NCBI GenBank assembly: GCA_002269645.1
Contig: NIVC01004723.1
Location: 1 to 37,016 of the forward strand
DNA: 37,016 nucleotides
Origin: Macrostomum lignano
Lineage: Eukaryota
Direction of reading: 5' to 3'
The notes under the pieces were generated by a model. The model saw only the letters and a list, made by a program, of their open reading frames with translations, did no database searches and was not told where the DNA came from. Positions 10,579-23,070 of the stretch are shown piece by piece. A program made the translations under genes and the position numbers. Positions within the stretch are counted from its first letter, which is position 1; each line of letters opens with the position of its first letter.

Positions 10579-12044
10579 CATTTCGCCTCAAACCGTCTCA
10601 TTTGGCGCCTCACTGTCTCATTTGGCGCCTCACTGTCTCATTTGGCGTCTAACTGTCTTATATATGGCGCCTCATCTCATTTGGCGCTTCACTGTCTCAT
10701 TTGGCGCCTCACCATCTCATTTGGCGCCTCACCGTCTCATTTGGCGCCTCACTGTCTCATTTGGCGCCTCACTGTCTCATTTGGCGCCTCACCATGTCAT
10801 TTGGCGCTTCACTGTCTCATTTGGCGCCTCACCATGTCATTTGGCGCCTCACCATGTCATTTGGCGCCTCACTGTCTCATTTGGCGCCTCACCATGTCAT
10901 TTGGCGCATCACTGTCTCATTTGGCGTCTAACTGTCTTATATATGGCGCCTCACTGTCTCATTTGGCGCCTCACTATCTCATTTGGCACCTCACTGTCTC
11001 ATTTGGCACCTCATTGTCTGTTTTGGCGCCTCACTGTCTCATTTGGCGTCTAACTGTCTTATATATGGCGCTTCACTGTCTCATTTGGCGCCTCACCATG
11101 TCATTTGGCGCCTCACCATGTCATTTGGCGCCTCACTGTCTCATTTGGCGCCTCACCATGTCATTTGGCGCATCACTGTCTCATTTGGCGTCTAACTGTC
11201 TTATATATGGCGCCTCACTGTCTCATTTGGCGCCTCACTATCTCATTTGGCACCTCACTGTCTCATTTGGCACCTCACTGTCTGATTTGGCGCCTCACTG
11301 TCTCATTTGGCGTCTAACTGTCTTATATATGGCGCCTCACTGTCTCATTTGGCGCCTCACTATCTCAGTTTGCGTCTCACTATCTCATTTGGCACCTCAC
11401 TGTCTCATTTGGCGCCTCACTGTCTCATTTGGCACCTCACTGTCTCATTTGGCGCCTCACCATCTCATTTGGCGCCTCACTGTCGCATTTGGCGTCTAAC
11501 TGTCTTATATATGGCGCCTCACCATCTCATTTGGCGCTTCACTGTCTCATTTGGCGCCTCACTATCTCAGTTTGCGTCTCACTATCTCATTTGGCACCTC
11601 ACTGTCTCATTTGGCGCCTCACTGTCTCATTTGGCACCTCACTGTCTCATTTGGCGCCTCGTTGTCTCATTTGGCGCCTCACTGTCTCATTAAGCGCCTC
11701 ACTATCTCATTTGGCACCTCACTGTCTCATTTGGCGCCTCACTGTCTCATTTGGCGCCTCACCATCTCATTTGGCGCCTCACTGTCGCATTTGGCGTCTA
11801 ACTGTCTTATATATGGCGCCTCACCATCTCATTTGGCGCTTCACTGTCTCATTTGGCGCCTCACTATCTCAGTTTGCGTCTCACTATCTCATTTGGCGCC
11901 TCACTGTCTCATTTGGCGCCTCACTATCTCATTTGGCACCTCACTGTCTCATTTGGCACCTCACTGTCTCATTTGGCGCCTCACTGTCTCATTTGGCGCC
12001 TCACTGTCTCATTTGGCGCCTCACTGTCTCATTTGTGCGCCTCA
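10579..12044. repeat. 20-bp minisatellite (CATTTGGCGCCTCACTGTCT)n, ~70 units, with a recurring longer variant
   Basis: Read directly; the variant GGCGTCTAACTGTCTTATATAT recurs about seven times. Confidence 0.97.
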
Positions 12045-12722
12045 CAACATAAATTTTGGCTTCAATGAAGGCACTTCCACTCCATAAGTCGTTCGGAAAT
12101 TCAAAAGTGCAAACAGTAATTTTGCAGCAAAAAGTCACTTATAGATTTCTCTTATATCTTATTTGATGTCCGCAAACTCTAGGTATTAAAAAGGAGAGTT
12201 TAAAGTTCTATTATATGATATATTTTATTTTTTCGTTAAATCTCGTACAAGTCCGGATCGAGTAAATTGATGTGCTTTAGGTTTTTAATAAGTATGGGTT
12301 TCTCCATCACCCTGACTGTGCCTGTCAATTTGCATTCTGCCATGCGTGTTAATTCTTTAAATCCATGTCATTATGCCTCTGTAGGAAGCTGTTTTTCGGT
12401 TACTGTACACTTTAGATCAAATTATCTGCGAGCGGGTTTTGTCAGAAAGGGGCGGAGCTGGTTTTGAGTTTGACGGATTTCTAATTAATCCTCAGTTTCG
12501 GGGAACTCGCGACCCCCCCCCCCTAGGGAGTTATCATCGTTCTAAAATCGCGTTCTAAAAATGATGAGAATTCGAATCGAATGGTTAATAGGAGTTATGA
12601 GCGAGAGGCCACGCCCTTGCCAGAATCTGTAAACCTGTCTGTCTCTCCTGATGCTTACAGGGTTGATTGATATTTTTTAAGGTGGGTATTCTTTAGAGGT
12701 AACGCTAAGTCGCTTTGTAACC

Positions 12723-14555
12723 GCCATAATGGATAGATCTGATGCCGTAGTGGATAGATCTGATGCCATAGTGGATAGATCTGATGCCATAGTGCATAGA
12801 TCTGATGCCATAGTGGATAGAACTGATGCCGTAGTGGATAGAACTGATTCCAAAGTGGATAGAACTGATGCCATAGTGGATAGAACTGATGCCATAGTGG
12901 ATAGATCTGATGCCATAATGGATAGAACTGATGCCATAGTGGATAGAACTGATGCCATAGTGGATAGAACTGATGCCATAATGGTTAGAACTGATGCCAT
13001 AGTGGATAGAACTGATGCCATAGTGGATAGAACTGATGCCGTAGTGGATAGAACTGATGCCATAGTGGATAGATCTGATGCCATAATGGATAGAACTGAT
13101 GCCATAGTGGATAGAACTGATGCCATAGTGGATAGAACTGATGCCATAATGGTTAGAACTGATGCCATAGTGGATAGAACTGATGCCATAGTGGATAGAA
13201 CTGATGCCATAGTGGATAGAACTGATTTTAAAGTGGATAGAACTGATGCCATAGTGGATAGAACTGATGCCATAGTGGATAGAACTGATGCCATAGTGGT
13301 TAGAACTGATGCCAAAGTGGATAGAACTGATGCCATCGTGGATAGAACTGATGCCATAGTGGATAGAACTGATGCCATAGTGGATAGAACTGATGCCATA
13401 GTGGATAGAACTGATGCCATAGTGGATAGAACTGATGCCATAGTGGATAGAACTGATGCCATAGTGGATAGAACTGATGCCATAGTGGATAGAACTGATG
13501 CCATAGTGGATAGAACTGATTCCAAAGTGGATAGAACTGATGCCATAGTGGAATAGAACTGATGCCATAGTGGATAGAACTGATGCCATAGTGGTTAGAA
13601 CTGATGCCAAAGTGGATAGAACTGATGCCATCGTGGATAGAACTGATGCCATAGTGGATAGAACTGATGCCATAGTGGATAGAACTGATGCCATAGTGGA
13701 TAGAACTGATGCCATAGTGGATAGAACTGATGCCATAGTGGATAGAACTGATTCCAAAGTGGATAGAACTGATGCCATAGTGGATAGAACTGATGCCATA
13801 GTGGATAGAACTGATGCCATAGTGGATAGAACTGATGCCATAGTGGATAGAACTGATTCCAAAGTGATAGAACTGATGCCAAGTGGATAGAACTGATTCC
13901 AAAGTGGATAGAACTGATTCCAAAGTGGATAGAACTGATGCCAAAGTGGATAGAACTGATGCCAAAGTGGATAGAACTGATGCCATAGTGGATAGAACTG
14001 ATGCCATAGTGGATAGAACTGATTTTAAAGTGGATAGAACTGATGCCATAGTGGATAGAACTGATGCCATAGTGGATAGAACTGATGCCAAAGTGGATAG
14101 AACTGATGCCATAATGGTAGAACTGATGCCATAGTGGATAGAACTGATGCCATAGTGGATAGAACTGATGCCATAGTGGATAGAACTGATTCCAAAGTGG
14201 ATAGAACTGATGCCATAGTGGATAGAACTGATGCCAAAGTGGATAGAACTGATGCCAAAGTGGATAGAACTGATGCCATAGTGGATAGAACTGATGCCAT
14301 AGTGGATAGAACTGATGCCATAGTGGATAGAACTGATGCCATAGTGGATAGAACTGATGCCATAGTGGATAGAACTGATGCCATAGTGGATAGAACTGAT
14401 GCCATAGTGGATAGAACTGATGCCATAGTGGATAGAACTGATGCCATAGTGGTTAGAACTGATGCCAAAGTGGATAGAACTGATGCCATCGTGGATAGAA
14501 CTGATGCCATAGTGGATAGAACTGATGCCATAGTGGATAGATCTGATGCCATAAT
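12723..14555. repeat. 21-bp minisatellite (GCCATAGTGGATAGAACTGAT)n, ~87 units
   Basis: Read directly; it produces the spurious VDRTDAI/MASVLST/HYGISSI ORFs. Confidence 0.97.
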
Positions 14556-14582
14556 ACCGTAAATGAGCCTTTAGCAACGAAC

Positions 14583-14991
14583 CTCAATATCGGCCCGGAA
14601 GGCCTTGGCAGCAAAAACAATGTGCACCGAGTTGACTGTGACGTCCATACCGTCGATCACTTTGTCGGCAAATCCGTACTTTTCAGTTTTCTCTTTACCC
14701 GAAGTGTCGTTACTTCCGGTTGCAGCTCGTCCACCAGGCGGCGGCGGGTTTTCCACTGCTTCAACCTCGACCAGGACTTGGTCCAGTCTGAGACAGAGTG
14801 GCACCTTTTTCAGCTTGGTCCATTGGCACCTGATTGCCACCCGATTGCAGCGAGCCGAGCGCAGGTAGAGCCAGGCTGGAAGGTCGAGCAGTTCGGTCAT
14901 GGCCGCCCTGTCCAGTTCCAGGTTGGTGAGTTCGCCTTCGCCTCTGATGAAGCTCAGCTTCAGCTGCTCGGGTGACAAGTTTTTGGCGAAT
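14583..14991 (-). CDS. BLTP3: BLTP3/UHRF1BP1-like bridge-like lipid transfer protein, coding exon 2 (Chorein-N region)
   Basis: Translates as (R)FAKNLSPEQLKLSFIRGEGELTNLELD...LPAWL...CNRVAIRCQWTKLK...YGFADKVIDGM...AFRADIE. This closely matches the BLTP3A/B N-terminus as I recall it (FTKNLSPDKINLSTLKGEGQLTNLELD...QWTKLK...YGFAEKVVEGM). Acceptor cacgcag|A (phase 2), donor GAG|GTTCGT (phase 0). Confidence 0.93.
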
Positions 14992-15105
14992 CTGCGTGTG
15001 CGGGCGAATTTTCGAGTTGATTGGGTTCCGTTAACTCGTGTCTTGTTTCTTTATAACTATGCCTCGAAAAAATTGATTAATTTGCATCGAGAATCGCTTA
15101 ATAGC

Positions 15106-15268
15106 TAATAATAATTGATTACACCTGTCTCAATTGGGCCAGATGTGCAACCGACAGCTCAGCCGCAGCTATTGCTCAAGGGCACAAATTCTTCCGAGTT
15201 GGTTGAGAATCGAACCCCCGACCTTTTAGTCGCAAGTCCGACGCTCTGACCACTAGGCTACAACACCC
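15106..15268 (-). mobile_element. tRNA-derived SINE, internally deleted copy
   Basis: Head (TAGCCTAGTGGTCAGAGCGTCGG...GGTTCGATTC) and tail (TAGCTGCGGCTGAGCTGTCGGTTGCACATCTGGCC...ATT repeats) are near-identical to 23071-23376. The middle 134 bp is missing. Confidence 0.88.
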
Positions 15269-15479
15269 TATTAAAGAAGAATTAATGTAGTAGAATTAAT
15301 CCGCCTATAAATTAGTACTTGTAAATCTTTGTACTTTTAATTGTATACACAGTTCTTGGTTTATCTAGACAGAGGTATCTAAAGAGGCGATGTTAAATAA
15401 AATTGTCAATGAGTAGTCAGCAGTCGAAAATTGTACGCGTACATCGTTTTTTTAACGCTGAATAAAAAAATAAAAAAAA

Positions 15480-15549
15480 TTTCGGGTTTGTGAATTTTCG
15501 GATTTGTGAGATTTCGGGTTTGTGAAATTTCGGGTTTATGAAAGCGCCC
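15480..15549. repeat. ~16-bp repeat (TTTCGGGTTTGTGAAA)x4, possibly a subterminal repeat of a DNA transposon end
   Basis: Four degenerate units followed by AAAGCGCC. The transposon assignment is only by resemblance, and I found no partner end. Confidence 0.5.
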
Positions 15550-16113
15550 CCAGGGGGGGAGGGGGGTCACGACTCCCCAAAATATATGGCACCAATTCAA
15601 AGCTGCTCTCCCGCCTCCCTGCTCCCAATGTTAACAGTTCCCCAACAACTAATTTGGCCCCCATGAAACCAAAGCCAAAAAATGAAATGTAGAATTTAAA
15701 TTAGCTGAAGAACCGCCCCCCCCCCCGAATCAGGGTGGTACGAGTGCAAGATCAGAGAGTACGATGGAGAACCAAGAAAAAATCTAGTGGCGAGCTGAAA
15801 GAACGATGTAGAAGTGAAGCTGAGCCAAGGAGACTGAGCAGAGCAGTTCAAAGATTGAGTTTCAAATTTTTATTCTAGATTCTCAGAATGACGCGTTCAT
15901 GCATATTTCATCAGCTGAGCCGATGGATGGCTTTGGGGCATGTTGTAATCCCAAGTTATTTATGGTTGAAATATCTGTACTTTAAGATATATGTTAGTTT
16001 TAAATCTGAGTATAGCATTTCAATGAAAATATTGCTCTCGGTTTTTATTGAGTCATTTTCCTTTAATAATCTGAAATCCTGACAGCATGACATGCGATAT
16101 GTTTGCTCTATAT

Positions 16114-16477
16114 GATGGGTTGGCAAACTTTTTTTAAACTCAAGGGCCAAATAGAGAGCCCAGCGCATGACTGCAGGCCATAGGAGGGGAGAGAAGAGAG
16201 AAGAAAGATAGTAGAAAGGAGATGCAAGGAAATAAAGGAGAAGAGAGCTGGAGATGAAAAGAGATTATCAGATAAATAGGAGGGGAAAGAAAGAAGGGAG
16301 AGGAGAAGAGAAAATAGGAGAGAGAATAGGAGACAAGAGAAGAGAGAAGAGAGCTAAGAAGAGACACAAACCTTAAGCATGCTGGATTGCTATTATGAAG
16401 TTTTAAAAAACCCGAGGGCAAGATCAAGAGGTTTTGTGACCACATTTGGTCCATCGGCCAGCATTTGTCAATCCTTG
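16114..16477. mobile_element. hAT/Charlie-like MITE with an 8-bp TSD
   Basis: Degenerate TIRs GATGGGTTGGCAAAC and ATTTGTCAATCCTTG resemble Charlie-type CAGGGGTYGGCAAAC. Flanks CTCTATAT (16106-16113) and CTTTATAT (16478-16485) are a 7/8 match and Charlie-like. Confidence 0.65.
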
Positions 16478-16646
16478 CTTTATATAATACATCAACTTCA
16501 GAAGGTGCACTATGATTTCTAGACTGGATATCAGTATTATGTATTCTATAACTCTAATAAATATATAGAGTTTTCCACATGCTTTGTGTAACTATAAATT
16601 AATGAATTATAAACATAACCTAAATAATATATTTTTCCAAATAAAA

Positions 16647-17350
16647 TCTCTAACTATAAAAATCAAAACTCTGTGTGTGTGTGTGTGGACAATTTTGATC
16701 GCTATGGACTCCCAAACCGCTCAACCAAATTACACCAAACTTTACACCCACCCTAAACTTACTACGGAGAATGTCTTAGGCTACCTTTAAATTTCCTAGA
16801 CTCAAGTCTTCCTACCTAAAAGTACAAAAAACTGCTCAAAATGCGCGATTTTTTCACTTAATCCTCCATAGCGCCGCTCCACTTCTACCGATTCTCTTTA
16901 AATTTGACACAGATAATCTTAAACTATTTTGGCACAATCATGTAAAATTTTGAGTCTCAAAGTTAATCCTGAGCGGTGCTGTGCACTTTTAAAGTTAGGC
17001 TGTTTTTTTCAGCGTAGCAACCACCCCAACCTCCACCCGCCTGCCTCTCTTTCCCGATCCCGATCTGGGCCCAGATGTGTAAAAGGGTTTCAAAATTGAC
17101 TAACTTTCAGCTGCCATAAGTTTGCTCCACGTAAAGCGATTGACTTCAAACTTCACACAATTCTTCATTGACTCATTCTCTGTCTAAATGTAAAGTTTCA
17201 ACTCTGTAACTCAACCGAAAAAGAAACTGTAAGCATGTGAAGTTTGTCTGCTTTTTCTGTTGTTTGTGCCACTCACTCACTCCACTCATTCCCCCCAGAG
17301 CCAGACGAAGGGTCAGGCGATAGGACTGAATGTACATAGCAAATGTACAG
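16647..17350 (+). mobile_element. Possible non-autonomous Helitron/Helentron-type (DINE-like) element; 3' end uncertain
   Basis: Begins A|TC TCTAACTATAAAAATCAAAACTC(TG)n, followed by three degenerate CCGATT..AAA(C/T)TT..CAC motifs and a (CACT)n tract. I did not identify a canonical 3' hairpin-CTRR. Confidence 0.35.
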
Positions 17351-17811
17351 TGTTTTGGAATAACTTTATTTATAGCCTTCTCTGCACCCCGAGAGTGGAG
17401 AGGCTACGTTTAGCCATAACAGTTTAGTGAGAAATTCTAACCACTGCCCTCCCCTCTGTATTGGCAAACTCTGCAGCAGTTTAACACTGGATGGCAATTG
17501 GCAAATCGAGGGAATCCAGCATGGTTTGTAAAAGCTAAAGATTTATGAAAAGGCGATGCGATGCAATGCAATACAACCCTACTAAATTAGGCACACCAGG
17601 GAAATTTTAGGTTTCTTTTAAAGGTACTGTGTAAATTTTAAATGGCCTCCTAAGAAATGCGTATTTCCTTGGTTTTTAGACTGATGCAGACTGCAGTGGA
17701 GCTAAAGATACACAAATTCCTTTCAGGGCTGCAAATTGGCAAGAAAGATGACGTGATCAAAGCATGAGAACAACCATGAGAGTACTACGTCCCACAAACT
17801 GGCTTTCCAAG

Positions 17812-18584
17812 CAGGGATGGGCAGACTTTTACCTCAAAGGCCAGATAAAGAATCCAGCTCATAGCTGAGGGGCAGATGAAAGTGGAAAGAAGAAGGAATA
17901 GACGATTCGAAGAGAGGAGAGGCGACAGAGGGGATAAAAGAAAAGATAAAAGATAATAGGAGAGATGAGGGGGTGAGGACGATGAGAGAGAGGAGGAGAA
18001 GAGGGGGGAGAGGAAAAGCGAGAGGAGAGAGTAGAGATGAGAGAGCAGAGAGCTGCAGATGAGAGGAGAGAGGAGACAGCAGAGAGGAGAGCAGAGAGGA
18101 AACAGGTGAAAGAAGAGATGAGAGAGTAAAGGGAAGAGAGAAGAGATAAAGATACATCTCTACATCTCTAAGGTTGTAGAGATGAGAGAGGTGGAAGGAG
18201 ACATGAGAAATGAGAGATGAGAGATGAGAGATAACGGAGAGAGGAGAGTGGAGTGAGAGAAGAGAGGGAGACAGAGTATAGAAAAGGGAAGAGAAGAGAA
18301 AAGAAGAAAGGAGAAAGGAAAGTGAGGAGTCAAAAGAGGGGAAAGAAAAGAGTACAGAGGAGAGAGGTGAGAGAACATATAAGACAGAGATGCGAGATTA
18401 AAGAGGGGGATGAGAGAGCAGAGACGAGAGTGAACAGATAAAAGATGGGAGAGTAGAGAGAACAGAGGAGAGGTTACAGAGACGAGAGGAGAGAGGAGAG
18501 ACAAAGGTAGAGAAGTGAGTGAGGAGAGAGGAGAGGAAAGAGGAGAATGGAGAGGGGAGAGAGTAGAGAGAGGAGGAGAGATAA

Positions 18585-18676
<92 letters not shown>

Positions 18677-19182
18677 AGCAGAGAGAAATGAGAAGAGATA
18701 AGAGAGAAAAGATAAAAGAAGAGAAAGGAAAGATGAGAGAGAAAAGAGGTGAGGGAAGAGACGAGAGAAGAGGGGAGAGATGAGAGAGTAGAGTAGAGAG
18801 TTAAGAGAAGAGAGAAAAGAGAAGAGAGAAAATAATAGAAAGGAGAAGGAAGATAAGAGAGAAGAGGGGGTGAGAGGAGAGAGGAGAGGGGGAGAGAGGA
18901 GAGAGGAGAGGAGAGAGAAAAGAAGAGACAAGAGATGAGATAAGAGAGATGAAAGAGAAGAGAGATGAGGGAAGATACGAGAGAAGAGGGGAGAGAGGAG
19001 AGAGGAGAGACGAGGGACAAGAGAGATGAGAGGAAACAAAGAGACGATAGAAATTTTAAAGGATCCAAGGGACGTAGGGAGAGTCAGGGAGAGACCAGAG
19101 TTTAGCAATATATGTTTTAGAGTCAGACAGACATTGCCTGACATTCTGCGCAGTACCCCAGCCAACAATGTCTCAAACCCTA
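17812..19182. mobile_element. Second copy of the Charlie-like MITE, with an expanded internal GA-rich tract
   Basis: The left end CAGGGATGGGCAGACTTTT...CTCAAAGGCCAGATA aligns to the left end of 16114-16477. The right end CTCAAACCCTA is TIR-like. The TSD is not conserved. Confidence 0.5.
17870..19040. repeat. Degenerate GA-rich low-complexity tract with a perfect (GA)n at ~18589-18670
   Basis: Read directly from the sequence. Confidence 0.93.
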
Positions 19183-20400
19183 ATTTTACACGAATGTGCT
19201 CCATTTTATGTCTACCTCTATCCTACTAACTATTAACAATTTTTTGTTTGTGTATGGCCTTAGATTTCAGAATACATGCAAAAGTAGTTCCGGGGATTGG
19301 AATTCCCCGGGTTCAAAATCCGCGGGTTTCAACAGCTTGTATACTATAAAACATATTATATAGCAAAAAATAGTTATTAAAATAATAATTTGTCATAATT
19401 TAAACAAAGTTTATGAACTGTTCAACATGTTCTATCGATGGTATATAAATAAAAGCACAAGAGATGCGAAAAACACTGCAATATCATTACTTAATATAAA
19501 AGACAAATATTTTAATTTTAGCTACATAACTTCCTGCTAGGTTTTAATCATTACTAGGCCTATAGTATTATCAAGTCTCCTATGTGTTTAGAAAACAATT
19601 CACAAATTTAGCACTTACTTTGATAGGTACTTCAATATGGGATTTTTAGCTATATTAAAGATTTTGTTGAACCCCATTTTCGATGGAGGCTGATATAGCA
19701 CGTGGTGAAGTAAAAAGAATACAATGTCTAAATAATTCGTTTTTTAAATCTGACTCTGCAACCGTCAAGATGTTGGGTGGGTTTAGCACGCTAGTAGCGT
19801 GCAAAAAAGATGTATAACTATCACTTTGCGACTACTATTTACTGAAATAAAAATGTTTTGGCTCCAGCCTAGCCTAACAAGTCTGTCCAAATCAATTCTT
19901 TTTTAGCGATTAACTTAAACTAGTGAACCAAGCCACTAAAACATTATAACAAATGTTAACACAAACGTATTTTAAAGTATCATAACAGGATTTAATAAAT
20001 TTGTCCATTTGGAAAAATGTATTTTTAATTTTTTAAAGAAAACAAAAATAATCGAGTGTAATTTAATAGCGTCTGTAAAAATTTAATAAGAATATGTAAA
20101 AGTGCAATTACTAGTATAAAAGTAACTTGTAAGGACGAAATAACAATTATCTGCTTATTTTTTCAAGAGTCAAGACTACTATATCAAGATCAAGGACCAC
20201 TAGGTGGTGTGCTCACAAATCACTCAAATTTTACCAGTGGCTAGTTTTTGTTGTAAAATGCATGATAGAAAGTTTTAACTAGATGTAATTTTAGGTATTT
20301 TAGTCCCTTTTTGTCATATTTTTAACCAGAGACAGCGGCAGCCGGAGGCAATCAAGAAAGTTTAGGCAAACTCGTGTTTTTGGTACTATGTAAATATGTA

Positions 20401-21267
20401 CGAGGTGTGTCAGAAAAGTTCCAGGACTGTGCCTACAGCAGCACAGCTTCTGAACCACTGCAATAAGCTGCACTATCAATTTGCAGCTTATTGGCAGCTT
20501 GTAGCAGCATATAACAGCTCTGTCCTGAAATTTCAGCTGATTTACCACTTTTGTGCTAATCTGTGCTATTAGTTAACGTTCCGTAAGTTTTTTAACAATC
20601 GTCGTGCCAATGAGCACCCTAGCAATTCGAACCAATCTAAAGTTTCTGGTCTCCAATTCGAAAATCGCCATCGAAAGCACTTCTACTGCTACAATAAGTG
20701 TATGGAGATAATGCTATGTCTTGCTCCCGAGATTTGAGTGGCACAAGCGATTCAAGGAGGGGCAGGAGGAGGTCGGAGGACGACACCAGGAGTGGAAGAC
20801 CTTCAACGTCAGATGTCAGAGGCGTTGTCCACATGGAGTTTCTGCGCCAAGGCCAAACCATCAATCAGCATGTGTACGAGTACAAAGGGATCCTGCAGCA
20901 ACTGCTTCCTTTTAGTGCGAGACAAGAGACGCGATTTGTGGGAAGCCAACTCGGCAACTCGTGGTTCCTTCATCAGGACAATGCGCCAGCTCACAATGCT
21001 CTAAGTGTCAGGGAGTATCTCGCGAATAGGAATGTCACTGTGCTAGATCAGCTTCCACATTCACCCGATCTAGCTCCGTGCGTTTCCTATTTCCCAAGCT
21101 CAAGCAAGTTCTCAAAGGTACTCAATTTCCTGATGTTGATACCATCAGAAGGGCCACGACGACCAAACTGCAAAAGTACTTTGAAGGAGCTAGATATTTG
21201 ATTCTGATTGATTTTTGCTAATAAAATTTCTATGAGCCCAGTCCTGGAACTTTTCTGCCACACCTCG
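20401..21267 (+). mobile_element. Mariner (Tc1/mariner) transposon, internally deleted and frameshifted, probably irritans-like
   Basis: 28-bp TIRs CGAGGTGTGTCAGAAAAGTTCCAGGACT (20401-20428) and 21240-21267 differ by one mismatch; TA on the left flank, CA on the right. Transposase remnants: FEWHKRFKEG, SGRPST, WFLHQDNAPAH, HSPDLAP. The central part with the first catalytic Asp is missing; total length 867 bp. Confidence 0.93.
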
Positions 21268-23070
21268 CATCTATTCAATGTCGTACTTCGTCAATTCGTC
21301 TATGTCGCAACTCAATCCGGCCCTGCAAAGACATTTTTTGCTAAGTGTACTTTTTTCAAACTTTTATCGATAAAATTGTGAGCGCACCTCGAACGAAATG
21401 CATACATTGCTTTATTTGGAATTCGGAAGTCCCAATTAGAGCTAGGTGAGGTTACATGCATCGGGATCGAGTTTAGTAACGCTAAAAGTTTTTAAGTGTA
21501 GCATAATCCTTGCAACTGCAATCATTTTAACGCTTAGTAATTCTTGTATGTTGGAAATGTCAGTGCAGCCATATAAAGATTCAGCCAAAGCATGGGGATT
21601 AGAGAATTGTCATGCGTGCGCCGCACATTCCTCCAGAGATCGTGTCTAAGAAGCGAACTTAAAAGCATTGATACAGCACCAGCGCGATGACTCCATCCAT
21701 TTGCCTCTCGATGATCCCGGATCCCTCCCTCTCTCTCTCTCGATCTTTTTCATACATGCGGTTCAGTATGACTAAAATTATTTATTATCCTGCTATATTT
21801 AGCGGGGGATTAAAAATGAAATCAAATCGTGATCTGAAGAAGCTTAATTAACTGGATTTTCAGCATCCAGATTGAATGAAAATGTAAACTATAAAAAATA
21901 ATTAGATGACCTACGGTTGGTTGCTTGTTGTTGGTATATACATGCAATTAGCAATTGTGATAATTGCTATTTGTGGTACATCTATAGCAAAGAGCATTTC
22001 CTAGCGAAAAAAGACATTTATAATTGCAGAGGCCACTCGTATTAATTAGATTTTTCAGTCCCTGACAGCCAACCCGAAGCAATGTCAACGATTGGTAAGT
22101 ATAAATTTATTGTGTCAGAGAATGCTGAAAGTACATGCAAATACAGAATGCTTCTTTGGCGCCTGAAAATTACACCCGTTCAATACGATGGTGATAAAAA
22201 TAGCGGGGCCACATTAATTTGGGGCATGTACACTTTGGCTGGATTGGCTGGCCGAGGGTTGTGCAATCCACAGACATGAGCCAGGGCCCGCTGTACACCC
22301 TGTGTGAGCGCTTGTATGTGCTCAAGTGCGCGCTGGTTATGGGACATGCAATGTCGCCGAAAACATATTGCACTATGCAATGGCCTTAAAGCATTAAAAT
22401 TCTAAGTTAACAGGCACAGTAAATACAATTTATAGATTTTTTTGTATCCAGCCTACAATAAAAAACAGGGCGGTAAACCGAAGTGCCTTGGATTAGCAAT
22501 CAAAATGTCGCCTTATATATTGATTAGCCTAGTAACAATAGCCTGTTTCAAAATAACACTGCGAGGTTGCATGCATGCTTTTGCATTGTGCTGCAGCGAC
22601 TGTAAAAAGCTTTTGTTGAACAGAGAAAGTTGCAGCCTGGGAGTTACAATCAAAGTTAATTTATTGTTGAGACGCGCACGATGAGGTTTTACCTGCTATT
22701 TAGCTTGTCATGCCAGCTTGTCTACCTCTGCCTGAGCAGACTAATGCGTTTTTTTGTCTAAATGAGCAACTGCTTGTTTCAAGCTGTGTTTCTGCTGCTA
22801 CGAACGAAAATGCATCGCCTCGGAATGAGGCAGATGAAAAGTGCATCCAGATGTTAAGCCGGGACTCGAGCAGGGTCCGCTGCTGCCGTCAGCCAGCAGG
22901 CAGTCGACGAAGCACCGAGTGACTCGGCGCGGATGATGATGTGGCTAGCCGGTTGGAGTTGCTGACGGCGCAACGATCTTGAAGACAGGTTGGCGGGCAC
23001 CACGTCAAGTAGGGAGTTGGACTTCAAGACGAAGCAACTCTTCACAGAATGCCAATTTTTCACTCATATT

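Noticed and set aside
15030-15095. GIVIKKQ stretch just upstream of exon 2 as BLTP3 exon 1 (cf. MAGIIKKQ)
   Set aside because: The following KHLS motif is absent, an in-frame stop follows, and the only GT gives phase 1 where phase 2 is needed. Exon 1 remains unlocated.
22082-22380. Short ORFs with WG and CTCP motifs as Tc1 or SWIM transposase fragments
   Set aside because: Too few conserved residues, and no TIRs or catalytic motifs.
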